Source of the DNA: Anaeramoeba ignava BMAN
Lineage: Eukaryota > Protista > Anaeramoebae
DNA: 64,000 nucleotides
Reading direction: 5' to 3'
Assembly: GCA_028826165.1 (NCBI GenBank)
Contig: JAPDFW010000063.1
Location: 372,001-436,000, forward strand
How positions within the stretch are numbered: position 1 is the stretch's first letter; each line of letters begins with the position of its first letter. Position numbers and translations under genes: made by a program. The notes beneath the pieces were generated by a model. It was not told the DNA's origin, searched no databases, and saw nothing but the letters and a program-made list of their open reading frames with translations. Positions 1-12,860 of this stretch are shown piece after piece.

Positions 1-1
1 T

Positions 2-211
2 GTTCAAGATGATTCTGGAAAAGTTCATGATTACAGACAAAGTTCTCCTCAAGCAATTCAAAAATTAATCGAATTTTTCTATCTTGATCAAATTCATGAA
101 CAAATTCCAAAAGAAATTATTTCTGAACTCGAAGAAATGATTGATTTCTATCAGTTGCATCCACAAACAAAATTGATTTATGAATTGAGAAAGAAAGGAA
201 ATGAAAAATAA
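2..211 (+). CDS. 3' end of a BTB/POZ-domain protein (5' part outside window)
   Basis: Frame 2 reads VQDDSGKVHDYRQSSPQAIQKLIEFFYLDQI...MIDFYQL...K*. This matches the C-terminal BTB of the neighbouring BTB proteins (e.g. VKDDSNRVHDYSEMTTQALKTLVSYFYFD in the ankyrin-BTB gene). Confidence 0.8.
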   Translation, partial: VQDDSGKVHDYRQSSPQAIQKLIEFFYLDQIHEQIPKEIISELEEMIDFYQLHPQTKLIYELRKKGNEK

Positions 212-318
212 CAAGTTTGTTTTTTTTTTCAGAAATTATTATTCAAAAATTTAAATCATTTGGAAAAAAAAATTTCATAAAATGATCCAATAAAAGAATC
301 AAAAATTGATTTTTAATT

Positions 319-2052
319 TTAATTTTGATTATTAAATTTGTTAATTAATAAATCAAATAAATTTGGTTTTGTTTGATTTAATTGAAAATAATCAATTCCA
401 ATTTCAATTTCATTAATTATTTCTTGTGTAATTTGAATTTCATCTTTAATTTGATTTGAATAAATCCAATATTCAAATATTTGAAATGATTTATTACTTA
501 ATTCACTATAATCAGTAACTTTATTTGATTTATCTTCTGTAACAGATAAAAACATTCCTCGATATAATTCACTTCTCATTATTAATATTAATTTAGGAAA
601 TTTATATTGTTTTTCTTTTCTTTCAATTATAAAATCTTTTTCATTTTCATTTAAATAAATTCTTTTCATTGTTTCTTCAATTTTTTCATTTGAATTTATA
701 ATTTCTTTAATTTCTAAATATAATTTTGGATTTATTATTCTGTTTGAATAAATCATTTCAAATATTTGATTTGATTCTTTAATTGATTTTTTTGAAATAA
801 TTTCTTTAAGTTTTTCAATTTCATTTTCATCTTTTAATCTATATTTCAATATTAATTTATGAGCTTCAATTATTTCTCCATTTTTGGTTTTAAATGAAAT
901 ATTGCAAAATTCTTTTCTTTCAAATAATTTTATCAAATCTTCTTCAAGATTGGAAAAAGAAGGAGGAGAATAATAAAGAAATGATCTGTTAAATCCACAA
1001 GAAATATGATAATTAGAAATATCTTCATTAAATCTTAATTTAGGAAGTTCAATTTGAATAGGAATTAATTGATCATTTGTATCTCCAGTTCCTAATTGAC
1101 CAAAATAATTATATCCAAATACTATTAATTTTGATTTGGATGTTAAAATCAAAGTATGTTGTCTTCCAACAGAAAAATCAAGAATATTATCATCATTTTC
1201 AAATAAAGATGATTTGATTTCAGTAAATTCATAAGTACTTTCATTTTTGCCAAGTCCATTATATGGAAAATAACCACATGAATAAAGTTTTCTTTTTGTT
1301 TTAAATTCAATCAACATTATTGAATGATAATATCCAGATTGAATATCAATTATTTCACCTTTTGGAATATTTTGGATTTTGGTTAATTTATTTATTATTC
1401 TTTCTTCTTTTCTTGATTTCCCTAATCCAAGTCGACCATATCTATTATTTCCACATACAAATAATTCTTGATTTGAATTTAAAAGAAAAGCTGAAGTTGA
1501 AGTTCCTGAAAACATTTTAGAAACATTTTTCATCATTAAAATTGGTTTTTCTGTTTTTTTAAGTGTTCTAGAATCAAAACCAAGTTGACCAAATGAATTT
1601 GAACCAATTCCATAAGCATTTTGATTTGAAGTTAATAAATAAATTGAATTAGAACCAGAAACAATATCTTGAATTATTCTATCATTTGTATCTTCAATTA
1701 ATGATGAAATATTGATAAATTCTTTTGTATCATTTGGATCAATATTCATTTCTTTTGTAAATACATTTCCTTCTTTTGTTAAAATAGCTTCATTTGAAAG
1801 ACCAACAGTTACTTTTTGAATATCTTCAATTTGGATTTTTGAAGGATTTTGGTTTAAATATTCTATTGCTTTTCCATTTTCAAAAAGGAAAATTACTGAA
1901 GAATGACCTGATGAAATTTGTTTAATTTGTTTTTCATTTTCATTTTCATTTTCATTTTCAAATTTAAATTGAATTGGTTTTGTTATTGAATCAGATTCAT
2001 TTTTGAAAAGAATTGGTTCATAATTTAAACCAAAAAATATAATTTCATTCAT
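319..2052 (-). CDS. RCC1-repeat beta-propeller + tandem BTB protein (putative Cullin-3 adaptor), paralogue 1, intact 577 aa
   Basis: RCC1 motifs GSNSFGQLG, GNNRYGRLGLG, SVGRQHTLIL and GYNYFGQLGTG. BTB motifs FCNISF..IEAHKLIL and DFIIE..KFPKLILIMRSELYRGMF. Confidence 0.9.
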   Translation of the reverse strand: MNEIIFFGLNYEPILFKNESDSITKPIQFKFENENENENEKQIKQISSGHSSVIFLFENGKAIEYLNQNPSKIQIEDIQKVTVGLSNEAILTKEGNVFTKEMNIDPNDTKEFINISSLIEDTNDRIIQDIVSGSNSIYLLTSNQNAYGIGSNSFGQLGFDSRTLKKTEKPILMMKNVSKMFSGTSTSAFLLNSNQELFVCGNNRYGRLGLGKSRKEERIINKLTKIQNIPKGEIIDIQSGYYHSIMLIEFKTKRKLYSCGYFPYNGLGKNESTYEFTEIKSSLFENDDNILDFSVGRQHTLILTSKSKLIVFGYNYFGQLGTGDTNDQLIPIQIELPKLRFNEDISNYHISCGFNRSFLYYSPPSFSNLEEDLIKLFERKEFCNISFKTKNGEIIEAHKLILKYRLKDENEIEKLKEIISKKSIKESNQIFEMIYSNRIINPKLYLEIKEIINSNEKIEETMKRIYLNENEKDFIIERKEKQYKFPKLILIMRSELYRGMFLSVTEDKSNKVTDYSELSNKSFQIFEYWIYSNQIKDEIQITQEIINEIEIGIDYFQLNQTKPNLFDLLINKFNNQN

Positions 2053-2102
2053 TTTTAAAAAGAAAAAAATGAAATTTTAATTTTTGGATTTTAATTTTAA
2101 TT

Positions 2103-3918
2103 TTAAAAAATTAAACATTTCTCTTTCTTATTTTTTAAATTAGAATTCAAATTTTGATTATTAAATTTTTTAATTAATAAATCAAATAAATTTGGATTTG
2201 TTTGATTTAATTGAAAATAATCAATTCCAATTTTAATTTCATCAATAATTTCTTGTGTAATTTGAATCCCATCTTTAATTTGATTTAAATAAATCCAATA
2301 TTCAAATATTTGAAATGATTCTTCACTTAATTCACTATAATCTGTAACTTTATTTGATTTATCATTTATAACAGATAAAAACATTCCTCGATATAATTCA
2401 CTTCTCGTTATTAATATTAATTTAGGAAATTTATATTGTTTTTCTTTTCTTTCAATTATAAAATCTTTTTCATTTTCATTTAAATAAATTCTTTTCATTG
2501 TTTCTTCAATTTTTTCATTTAAATTTATAATTTCTTTAATTTCAGAATATAATTTTGGATTTATTATTCTGTTTGAATAAATCATTTCAAATATTTGATT
2601 TGATTCTTTAATTGATTTATTTGAAATAATTTCATTTTTTAAGTTTTTCAATTTCATTTTGATTTTGATTTAATCTATATTTCAATATTAATTTATGAGC
2701 TTCGATTATTTCTCCATTTTTGGTTTTAAATGAAATATCACAAAATTCTTTTCTTCTAAATAATTTTATCAAATCTTCTTCAAGATTGGAAAAAGGAAAA
2801 AGAAAAGGAGAATAATAAAGAAATGAACTATTATATCCACAAGAAACATGATAATTAGAAATATTTTCATTAAATCTTAATTTAGGAAGTTCAATTTGAA
2901 TTGGAATTAATTGATCTTTTGTATTTCCAGTTCCTAATTCACCATATCCATTATATCCAAATCCAATTAAATTTGAATTTGAAGTTAAAATCAAAGTATG
3001 AGCATATCCAACAGAAAAATCAAGAATATTATCATCATTTTCAAATAAAGATGATTTGATTTCAGTAAATTCAAAAATATTTTCTTCATATTTTTTGCCA
3101 AGTCCATTATATCGATAATCTCCACATGAATAAAGTTTTCTTTTTGTTTTAAATTCAATCAACATTATTGAATGAAAATACCCACATTGAATATCAATTA
3201 TTTTGCCTTTTGGAATATTTTGGATTTGGGTTAATTTTTGGATATTTATTTCTTCTTTTATTGATTCTCCTAATCCAATTTGATTCCATCTATTTTCGCC
3301 GCATCCAAATAATTCTTGATTTGAATTTAAAAGAAAAATTGATGCAGATTCACCTCCTGAAAATATTTTAGAAACATTTTTCATCATTAAAATTGGTTTT
3401 TCTGTTATTTCAAGTGTTTTAGAATCAAAACCAAGTTGACCATTATAATTTTCTCCAATTCCATAAACATTATGATTTGAAGTTAATAAGTAAATTGAAT
3501 ATCTTCCAGAAACAACATCTTTAATTATTCTATCATTTATATCTTTAATTAATGATGAAATATTGATAAATTCTTTTGGATTATTTGAATTAATATCTTC
3601 TCCTTTTGCAAATACATTTCCTTCTATTGTTAAAATAGTTTCATTTTCATTACCAACAGTTACTTTTTGAATATTTTCAATTTGGATTTTTTCAGGATTT
3701 TGATTTGAATCTTTTAAATATTCTATTGCTTTTCCATTTTCAAAAAGGAAAATTGTTGAAAAGAAACTTGTTGAAATTTGTTTAATTTGTTTTTCATTTT
3801 CATTTTCATTTTCATTTTCATTTTCAAATTTAAATTGAATTGGTTTTGTTATTTTTTCTGGTTTATTTTTGAAAAGAATTGGATTTTGATTTTTACCAAA
3901 AAATAAAATTTCATTCAT
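2103..3918 (-). CDS. RCC1-BTB paralogue 2 (one frameshift near 2635, in a homopolymer)
   Basis: ORFs 2632-3918 and 2103-2657 join at EIEKLK/EIISNKS and are colinear with paralogue 1. Confidence 0.85.
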
Positions 3919-3954
3919 TTTTGAAAAGAAAAAAAAGAAAAATGATTTTTGGAA

Positions 3955-4240
3955 TTTTAATTTTGATTTTTATTTTTATTTTAATTTTGATTTTAATTTT
4001 AATTTTAATTTTAATTTTAATTTTAATTTTAATTTTAATTTTGATTTTAATTTTAAATTTTAATTTTAATTTTGATTTTGATTTTGATTTTAATTTTAAT
4101 TTTAATTTTGATTTTTGATTTTGATTTTGATTTTTAATTTTGATTTTTATTTTTAATTTTAATTTTGATTTTGATTTTAATTTTAATTTTAATTTTGATT
4201 TTAATTTTAATTTTGATTTTGAATTTTAATTTTAATTATT
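3955..4240. repeat. (ATTTTA/ATTTTG)n hexamer microsatellite
   Basis: Direct inspection; it produces the spurious ILIL/NFNF ORFs. Confidence 0.95.
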
Positions 4241-4247
4241 TTTTGGA

Positions 4248-7200
4248 TTAATTCCAATTATCTCCATTACGAAGTAAAGGAGAATTAATTTGATTGTCTA
4301 ACAATTCAATAGAATCATCATCCTTTTTAGAATCTTCGATCATTTTCCAAATCTTCATTTGTTTTTGAGTAAAAAAACTTTTTCTTTTATTTTTGAATCC
4401 AATCACATCTTGTCGATTTTTTCTTAAACTTTTGTTTGCATAAAGAGTCAGAAGAAGCAAAAATTTCCTTCTCATTTTTTCTTGAATAATTAATTCTCCA
4501 GTAATAGCATGACGATCCATATAAGAAATAGCCATTGATAATTCTTCTTTTGTAACACCCTCTTTCTTGGCGAAAATATCTTGAACCATTTTGTTTCTAT
4601 AAGCAATGAAATTCTTTAAGAAATTAGCAAAAACTCTTAAAATAGGATTGTTTGTATTATGATCAATAGCCATCATTGCTGCGTATGATTCATCATAAGA
4701 TTTTGGATCATCTAATCGGAAAAGGGATGAAATTGAACCTCCTGTTGTTCCTAGTAATTTTTTCACTGCTTCTGTTGCTGATGAGAAAATAGTCATGAAA
4801 AATTTGATGAAATCATAGATGGAGAAAATTGTACGATTAGTTATTTTTTGTGTTTCAGTAGCGTATTTTTTCATCAATTTTGTAACAACAATCCCAAACA
4901 AGATTTGATAAACAAAAACAAGAATAAAGAAAATCAAAACATAAAGAAGAACATCATAAAGAAATTTTTTTGAAATTAACCAATAAATTGCCGGAATGAT
5001 AAACAATACAAGGAAAACAAAAACCCAAACAAAAAGAAAAGGCAATTACTCCAACCCAAACTTGTAAATTTGTATAGGATGTGACTTGTATTGGATCAAC
5101 TGATCCATATCCCTTAAAAGGTTTCTTTCCTTGTCTTAAAAGCATTATTCTTTTCCGATATAATTTGAAAATTGATCTCCAAAGTAAAAGAAGAATGCCA
5201 AATGCGAATAAAACAGCAACTCCTGAAATAACTGAAACTGCATTAAGAATTGTGTTGATTTTCTCTCTTGAAAAGGAATATATGTATTTTGAAATGGGAT
5301 TGTCAAGAGGATCTCGATCTTCTGTAAAACTCTTATCAATTTGTTGAATCAATTCAACTCCATAAATTGAAATGTAATCAGTATAGTTACTCATAGTCGG
5401 TTTATTGTTGAAACATTGACTATATCCAATATCTCCAATGGTTTGTTGTCGAGAGAATTGTACTAGTGAATACGCACTTTTGATTAATTTTGTGAAAAGT
5501 AAAATCAATAAGATAACCAATACAATCCAAAGCCAAAAAGCAGTAAGCATTCTTTGAGGATAATAGAAATCAAAGTAAGTCTCAAATTCTTTATGAGGAT
5601 TCTTTTTGTGATGAAATTTAACTTTGATTTTTTTCAACAATTTCTTCAATAATCTTCCAATCCAATGCCAAAAAATAGAACATTTACTCTTCTTTTCTTT
5701 CTTTTTTTCCCATTTTTCCCTGTTTTTATGCAACATTAGCTCTTTCATAAGTTGATGCTTTTCGAAATTTCGTGTTGATCTTTTGAGAACCATTTCCACT
5801 TCTTTCTGTGATAATTCAGATATTTTTTTGGTTCTCATGCTTTGTCTCCAAATTTTTTTCTGTTGAATCTTCTTTTCTTTTTCAATTTGGATTTGGAGTT
5901 CTTTGTTTTTTTTTGGTTTTGATTTTTCTTTTTCTTTTTCTTTTTCATTTTGATTTTCATTAAGATCTGTTTCCATTGATGAATTAGTTTCCAATTCAAT
6001 TCCATCATCTGATTCCCCAAATTTCACTTCTTTTTGTTCTTGGTTAAGATCCACATTTGCATTAATTTTGGAATCATTTTTGGGATCAGTATTTTCATCG
6101 AAAATATCATCAAAATTATCACTATCACTTGATGTAATATCCTTTTTATTTCTAAAAAGTTGATTTTCAATTTCCCTCATTTTCAAACATGTTTTTCCTC
6201 CTATTGGAAGTAATCTTCTGAAAAGAGAAAAATAACTTGAAATTCTTTGATGAACAAAAAAAGTATCATCAATCCATATTCTCAATTTGGGGAAAATTCG
6301 TGCTAAAATCAAAACAAATAAAAGTAGTAGAGCAACAGCGACAAAAATAGCTTCCAAAATAGCTAAAGTTATGATTTGACCAGAATCAGTTTTTTTGGTT
6401 TTTGGAATCAAACCAGGAAGAAAAATACTGAATAAAATAATTAATCCAAAAGTAATTATAAATGTGAGTAAATTATGTTTTTTGGGAGAATTCAAGAAGA
6501 AAGGAACAATAAGGCAAGTGCTAACAATCCAAAAGATAACAGATTCTTTCAGAGAATCAAGTGCTTTAGTGAAAACTATCTGATTAGGAGGTTTGAGCAT
6601 AACTCGTTGAAAATTTGATTGAATTCCTAAAACTGAGAAAGCAATATCTGCCTTTACATTTCCCTCTTCATCTCTGCATTCAGGAACACCAGAAATGTCG
6701 TAAAACATCACAGAATTCAATGTTCGTTTTCCTCCAATATCTGTAACAAGACTATCATTTGTAACAGAAGCTTCTGCGCATTTTGTTATTATCTCGATTG
6801 GAAAAGAAATGTTTTTATCAACATCTCTTTCAAAAACCACTGTAACTGTGACTGAAAATGTTTGTGAAATTGTATTTGGGAAACTAGAGTATTGAACAGT
6901 TACATTTTTCACAGGATTTACCAAATAAATGGGATCAGTTTCAGCATTAAGTTCATCAAAAGAAAATTCAAAAATATAATCACCACTTTCACCAGATTCC
7001 ATTCGAAGATCAAAAACAGCAACTCCATTTTCATCAGTTGTTTCAAATGATGTTCCAGGATCTAAATTCCCAGTTCCTGAATTTTGAGGAATTGCATCAG
7101 CTGTGATGATTTTTCCTGAAACTGGATTTGAGAATGCAAAAAGTTGAACAATAGCAGATCCAATATAACTTTTCCCATTTATTTTCATTGTTTGTTTTGG

Positions 7201-10200
7201 AAGAAGAAAAGGATATCCAATTTTTGAGTTATTAGTTGGAGGATTTTGGATAAAAAGATGAGTTGGCTTTGAAATGACTTTTACTTGCATATATTCAGAG
7301 GAATATTCATCACATTCAAAATAAATTTCGATTTGAGTAATTTCTTGAAAATTCATTTCTCGAGGCACTATCAAAGAAGTAAATATTGCCTTTCCTTTTT
7401 CATCTGTTTTTGCAAATTCGAAATGATACCAATCGGTATAACCTTCATCCCACATATACAATAAAACATACTTATTTGGAACGGGTTGATTTGAATTCTT
7501 ATCATAAACAATAACTATTGGAGAAACATCAAATACTTGACCACCAAAAACCTGAGAAGGAATATCAAATATCTCCAGATCAACTTCCTCAATTTGAACA
7601 TTAACTTCTTGATATGCATATAGCCATCCTTCACAATTCCGAAGATTAAAACTGAAGTTCAAAGTTTCAGTAAAGTAAATATAAAGAAAAGCTAAATTCC
7701 AAGTAGTATATCCACTTTCATTAGTTGGAGCAATACTTCTTACAAAATGTTTCCATGGTTCTGGTTTTTGATTTTCATCTATTTCTTGAGCATCTTGATC
7801 AATAACCTCTGCAATCCAATCACCAATAGAAATATAAACATAATATCCTTGAAGTGGTTGATCGTTTTCATCGAGAAGCTGAAAAATAGGTTGATGTTCA
7901 GCATCAATTTGATTATAACCTGATTTTAAAGGAATTGAGTCATTCCAATACCAATAATAATACAGATATATCAGAGGTTGACAAACACAAACATCTATTT
8001 GTGAATTTGCAGGAACTCCATTTACAAAAATCATCAAACTAAAAGGAACAAGATCACTCCAATAATTCTCATTTTCATCAAAATCAGATTGTTCATTTAT
8101 CACGAAATCATCTAAAATTAATTCATCTAAATCACAAAAAAAATATATTTCAATTCATTCTTATTTTTCTTTAAATAAAAATAAAAATAAAAATCCAAAC
8201 CTTGTCCATTTAATTGATAAGTAGATTCAAATAAATGATTTGTTCCATTTTTTGTTCTTTGACTTGAATTTCCAAAAAGTTGACCATAATAATCATATGA
8301 ATTCAAAGCAAGAATATGAACAGTTAAATTACTTTCAGAAATATTATTTCCTGCTACACTTAATTTGATTGATTCATTCCCAAAAGGTTGACTAGGTGTA
8401 TAAATAAAATATGGATCTGGAAAATGAGAAATTTGAACAGCTTCAATATCATTTGATAAACTCATTTCAAAACATTCTTTCCAATCATAATTTTCAAAAT
8501 CAGGAATATAATATTGTCCAACTACTAAACACAATTCAGTTCTCATTGAAATTCCATAAATTCTTGTTTCAATCATTCCTTCTCCATTTGTAATATCCCA
8601 ATATCCTGATTCAGGATAAATTAAAAATCCCATTGGCAAATCTCCTGGATTAACAAAGGCAGTTAAATAGTAATCTTCATATAAAATATCTCCTAAATGA
8701 TTGTAGATAGAAATATTCCAATTTATCAATTCTCCTGATTTTATATTCTCATTCCAATTTGTTATATTAATTTTGGAAATTGAATAAGAATTAATGATAG
8801 AGGAAAAATAAATTTCAATTTCAATTGTTTCTGATTTAGTTTCATCAGCAATAACTTGACAACTTTGATTTGAATAAAAATAGTCGTTATCATAATAATA
8901 ATAATTTTGTGGGAGAATTAAAGCAAAATCTAAATATAAAGAAGCAAATCCATTCTCATCTGTTATGAATTGATAAGGTTGAAATGTAAAATCTGTACAA
9001 ATCAAAGTAACTAAATTATTTGGGATTCCTTTTCCTAAAATATCTTGGAGTTGAATTACAGACCATTTATCATTACTTGAAATTTTCAAATCTTCGCTAA
9101 TATTGATTGTTCCCATTTTTTCAATCCAAATAATTTCATAAACAGAAGAATTAACTTGAATATCATCAGTTTCAATAGAAAATCCATCTGAAATAAATTT
9201 GATTTTAAATGAACAATTATTTCTTGTTAATCCTAAAACTGAAAATTTTAAATCTAAAAAATTTGCTCTAAATTAAATTAAAATCAAAAAAAAAATTTAA
9301 ATTTAAATAAAAATTTAAATAAAATGGAATAAGATTGATTTAATTTTTTAAACAATACATTCCAAACTCATTTGTAAAAGCAATAGGATTTAAAAGAACT
9401 TTGGAATTTTTAATAGGAGATTGATTTTCTGAAATGAGAATATCACATTGTTTGGAAATTTTTGCAAAAACAGATTTGCTTTGAATAGGATTACTTGAAT
9501 TATCTGTAACAAGAATTTGCCAAGTTTTTGAAAATAATTCTCCTTCTTTTACACTAAAAGATCCATTTTCAATAATTTCAATTTTGGAAACTATTTTTCA
9601 AATTTCAAAATTAAAATTAAAATTAAAATTCAAATTAAAATTAAAATTAAAATTAAAATTCAAATTCAAACCATCTGTTTCAAAATTCAAAATGAAATAA
9701 CCAGGAAAAAGAGTAAAATCATAATCAGCACCTTGAAACAAATAACTAAGTTGAAGAGATTGAGCAAAACCTGTAATAATCATTCTTCTTGATGTTGATC
9801 CAAGAAATATATAATAACTATAAGAATAACCATTATTATCTTGAAAAAAATAAACCAAATTTGAGATTACTAAATTAAACAATTTTATCAGAAGATATAT
9901 ATAAAAATTAATAATTAAGGATTGAATTTAACTTTGTTATTTTTCAACTTGGAATTATCAAAAAGAAAATTCCTTTTTTGATTTTATTTCCAAATTCAAA
10001 TTAAAAAATGAATTTACAATAAGATTCATATTCAGGACAACTCCATGTTCTATTTCCTGGAACAAGAGTAACTGGAACATTTTCCAATCCTTCATATTCA
10101 AAATCTGGTAAAATCCAATAATCAAAAACAATCAACAATTCTTCTCCATAATTTAATGTCTTATTATTAATAGAATCTTCATCCCAACTCACATTATTAA

Positions 10201-11118
10201 GTATTTCAAAATCATCAACTAAAAAGAAAAACAAAAACAAAATTAATCAAAAACAAAAAACAAACAATTTTAAATTGAAATACGTTTTGAAATCATTGTT
10301 AAAGGAAAAGGAATTTCAGCTGAATCAAAATTTGATTCTAAAGTAATATTTTTACCTAAAACAAAAATCCAAAAAATTTTAAATCAAAAAATCAAAAAAA
10401 TATAAAATTTTTACTAGGACCAATTAAATTTAAATCAACTTGAAAACCACATTCAGCAGAAAATAATAATTTCACAGTTTCAGATGAACCAGTTATTATT
10501 GAAAGATTTTCAAATTTAGCAATTCCATCTTGATCTGAAAATTGAGTTGGATTTCCTGAAATTTCAACTTGTGTTCTTAAATTATCACGAAGTTGGATTA
10601 AACTTGAATCTTGAATCTCTACTTCGTCTTCAGGAATATCGAAAGAAAAAGCTTTTGCAGAAATGTTACAATTAGGGATTCCATCAGATTTATATTTTTT
10701 AGAAACTCTTAACTAATCAATTTTAGAAGAAAAAATTCAAATTAAATTTTTTAAAAAATAAAATCAAAGAAATCAAAACAAACTTTTGTTTGAAAATTTT
10801 GTGAATAAAGTAAAGTTGTTTCATTTGGGAAATCATAAAAATCCAAACTATTCAAAACAAAAGAAGAATTCAATTAAATAATTAAATGAATATTTAAATA
10901 TTTGATTTAATTACCTCATTTCAATTTCTTCTTCATTTAGTTCAGATCCAGCAAGTAAATATTTAATTGCAACTCCAAAAGTAAAAAGAAAAAAAGTACT
11001 AAATAGAATAATTGTTAAGGATCTCCAAATAACGTCATCTCCAACAAAATCAAGTACTTGTGGTCTTCCGATCCATTTATTAAATTTTTTTAAAAAAACG
11101 AGAACAACAATTTGCCAT
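4248..11118 (-). CDS. Multi-exon STRA6/RBP-receptor-like multipass membrane protein with an N-terminal TM helix and a large Ig-like ectodomain
   Basis: ORFs 4248-5045, 4954-8103 and 8127-9116 plus short upstream exons linked by GT-AG introns (e.g. donor at 10914). Recurring TDxxGxAxF motifs in the ectodomain. The C-terminus has FYYPQRMLTAF, DESYAAMMAIDHNTNNPILRVFANFL and RRKFLLLLTLYANKSLRKNR, resembling STRA6-family motifs. Start uncertain (ATG 11118 or 11346; both need a homopolymer correction). Frameshift near 5040. Confidence 0.65.
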
Positions 11119-11384
11119 AAAATTCCTTTCCAAAATCCAAAGAATAAAAAACAAAAAAAAAATGAAAAACAAAAATAAATTAAAAGTGTTTTTTTTGCTA
11201 TTTCAAAAAAATAAAAGTAAAAGATGAGTTGTTGTTTCTAATAAAAGAAGAATTAAAGAATATTTTGTTTCCAAAAGTACTTTCTTTCTATTCTTCTCTC
11301 CTTCAATTTTTTTAAAAAGAAAAAAAAAGTGTCCAAATTTGATCATTTTTTTTAATTATTTTTTTTTGCTTTTAAATTTTAATT

Positions 11385-12860
11385 TTAAATTTTAATTTCA
11401 TCAATTATTTCTTGTGTAATTTGAATTCCATCTTTAATTTGATTTGAATAAATCCAATATTCAAATATTTGAAATGATTCATTACTTAATTCACTATAAT
11501 CTGTAACTTTATTAGATTTATCATTTGTTACAGATAAAAACATTCCTCGATATAATTCACTTCTCATTATTAATATTAATTTAGGGAATTTATATTGTTT
11601 TTCTTTTCTTTCAATTATAAAATCATTTTCATTTTCTTTTTCATTTTCATTTAAATAAATTCTTTTCATTTAAATTTATAATTTCTTTAATTTCAGAATA
11701 TAATTTTGGATTTATTATTCTGTTTGAATAAATCATTTCAAATATTTGATTTGATTCTTTAATTGATTTTTTTGAAATAATTTCTTTAAGTTTTTCAATT
11801 TCATTTTGATTTTGATTTAACCTATATTTTAATATTAATTTATGAGCTTTGATTATTTCTCCATTTTCTGTTTTAAATGAAATATCATAAAATTCTTTTC
11901 TTCTAAATAATTTTATCAAATCTTCTTCAAGATTGGAAAAAGGAAAAAGAAAAGGAGAATAATAAAGAAATGAACTATTATATCCACAAGAAACATGATA
12001 ATTGGAAATATTTTCATTAAATCTTAATTTAGGAAGTTCAATTTGAATTGGAATTAATTGATCATTTGTATCTCCAGTTCCTAATTCGCCATGATAATTA
12101 TTTCCAAATGAAAATAGTTTCCCTTTGGATGTTAAAATCAAAGTATGATCATATCCAACAGAAAAATCAACAATATTATCATTTTCAAATAAAGATGATT
12201 TGATTTCAGTAAATTCATAAGTATTTTCATATATTTTACCAAGTCCATTATATTGAAAATAACCACATGAATAAAGTTTTCTTTTTGGATTTTGATTTTG
12301 ATTTTCATTTTCAATCAACATTATTGAATGAAAATACCCACATTGAATATCAATTATTTTGCCTTTTGGAATATTTTGGATTTTGGTTAATTTTGTGATT
12401 TCGAATTCTTCTCTTCTTGATTCTCCTAATCCAAGTTTACTTCGATCATTATATCCGCATCCAAATAATTCTTGATTTGAATTTAAAAGAAAAACATGAT
12501 TTGAAGTTCCTGAAAATATTTTAGAAACATTTTTCATCATTAAAATTGGTTTTTCTGTTTTTCCAAGTGTTTTAGAATCAAAACCAAGTTGACCATTATA
12601 ATTTGAACCAATTCCGTAAACATTATGATTTGAAGTTAATAAATAAATTGAATATCTTCCAGAAACAATATCTTTAATTATTCTATCATTTGTATCTTCA
12701 ATTAATGATAAAATATTAATAAATTTATTTTGGATTATTTTGGATTAATATTCTTTTCCTTTTAAAAATATATTTCCTTCTTTTGTTAAAATAGATTCAT
12801 TTGAATAATCAACAGTTAATTTTTGAATATTTTTAATTTGGATTTTTTGAAGGATTTTTA
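11385..12860 (-). pseudogene. RCC1-BTB paralogue 3, decayed (5' end replaced by repeats, internal deletion near 11660, truncated 3' end)
   Basis: ORFs 11647-12540 and 11385-11669 are near-identical to paralogue 2. There is no MNEII start, and the C-terminal IDYFQLNQT segment is missing. Confidence 0.8.
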
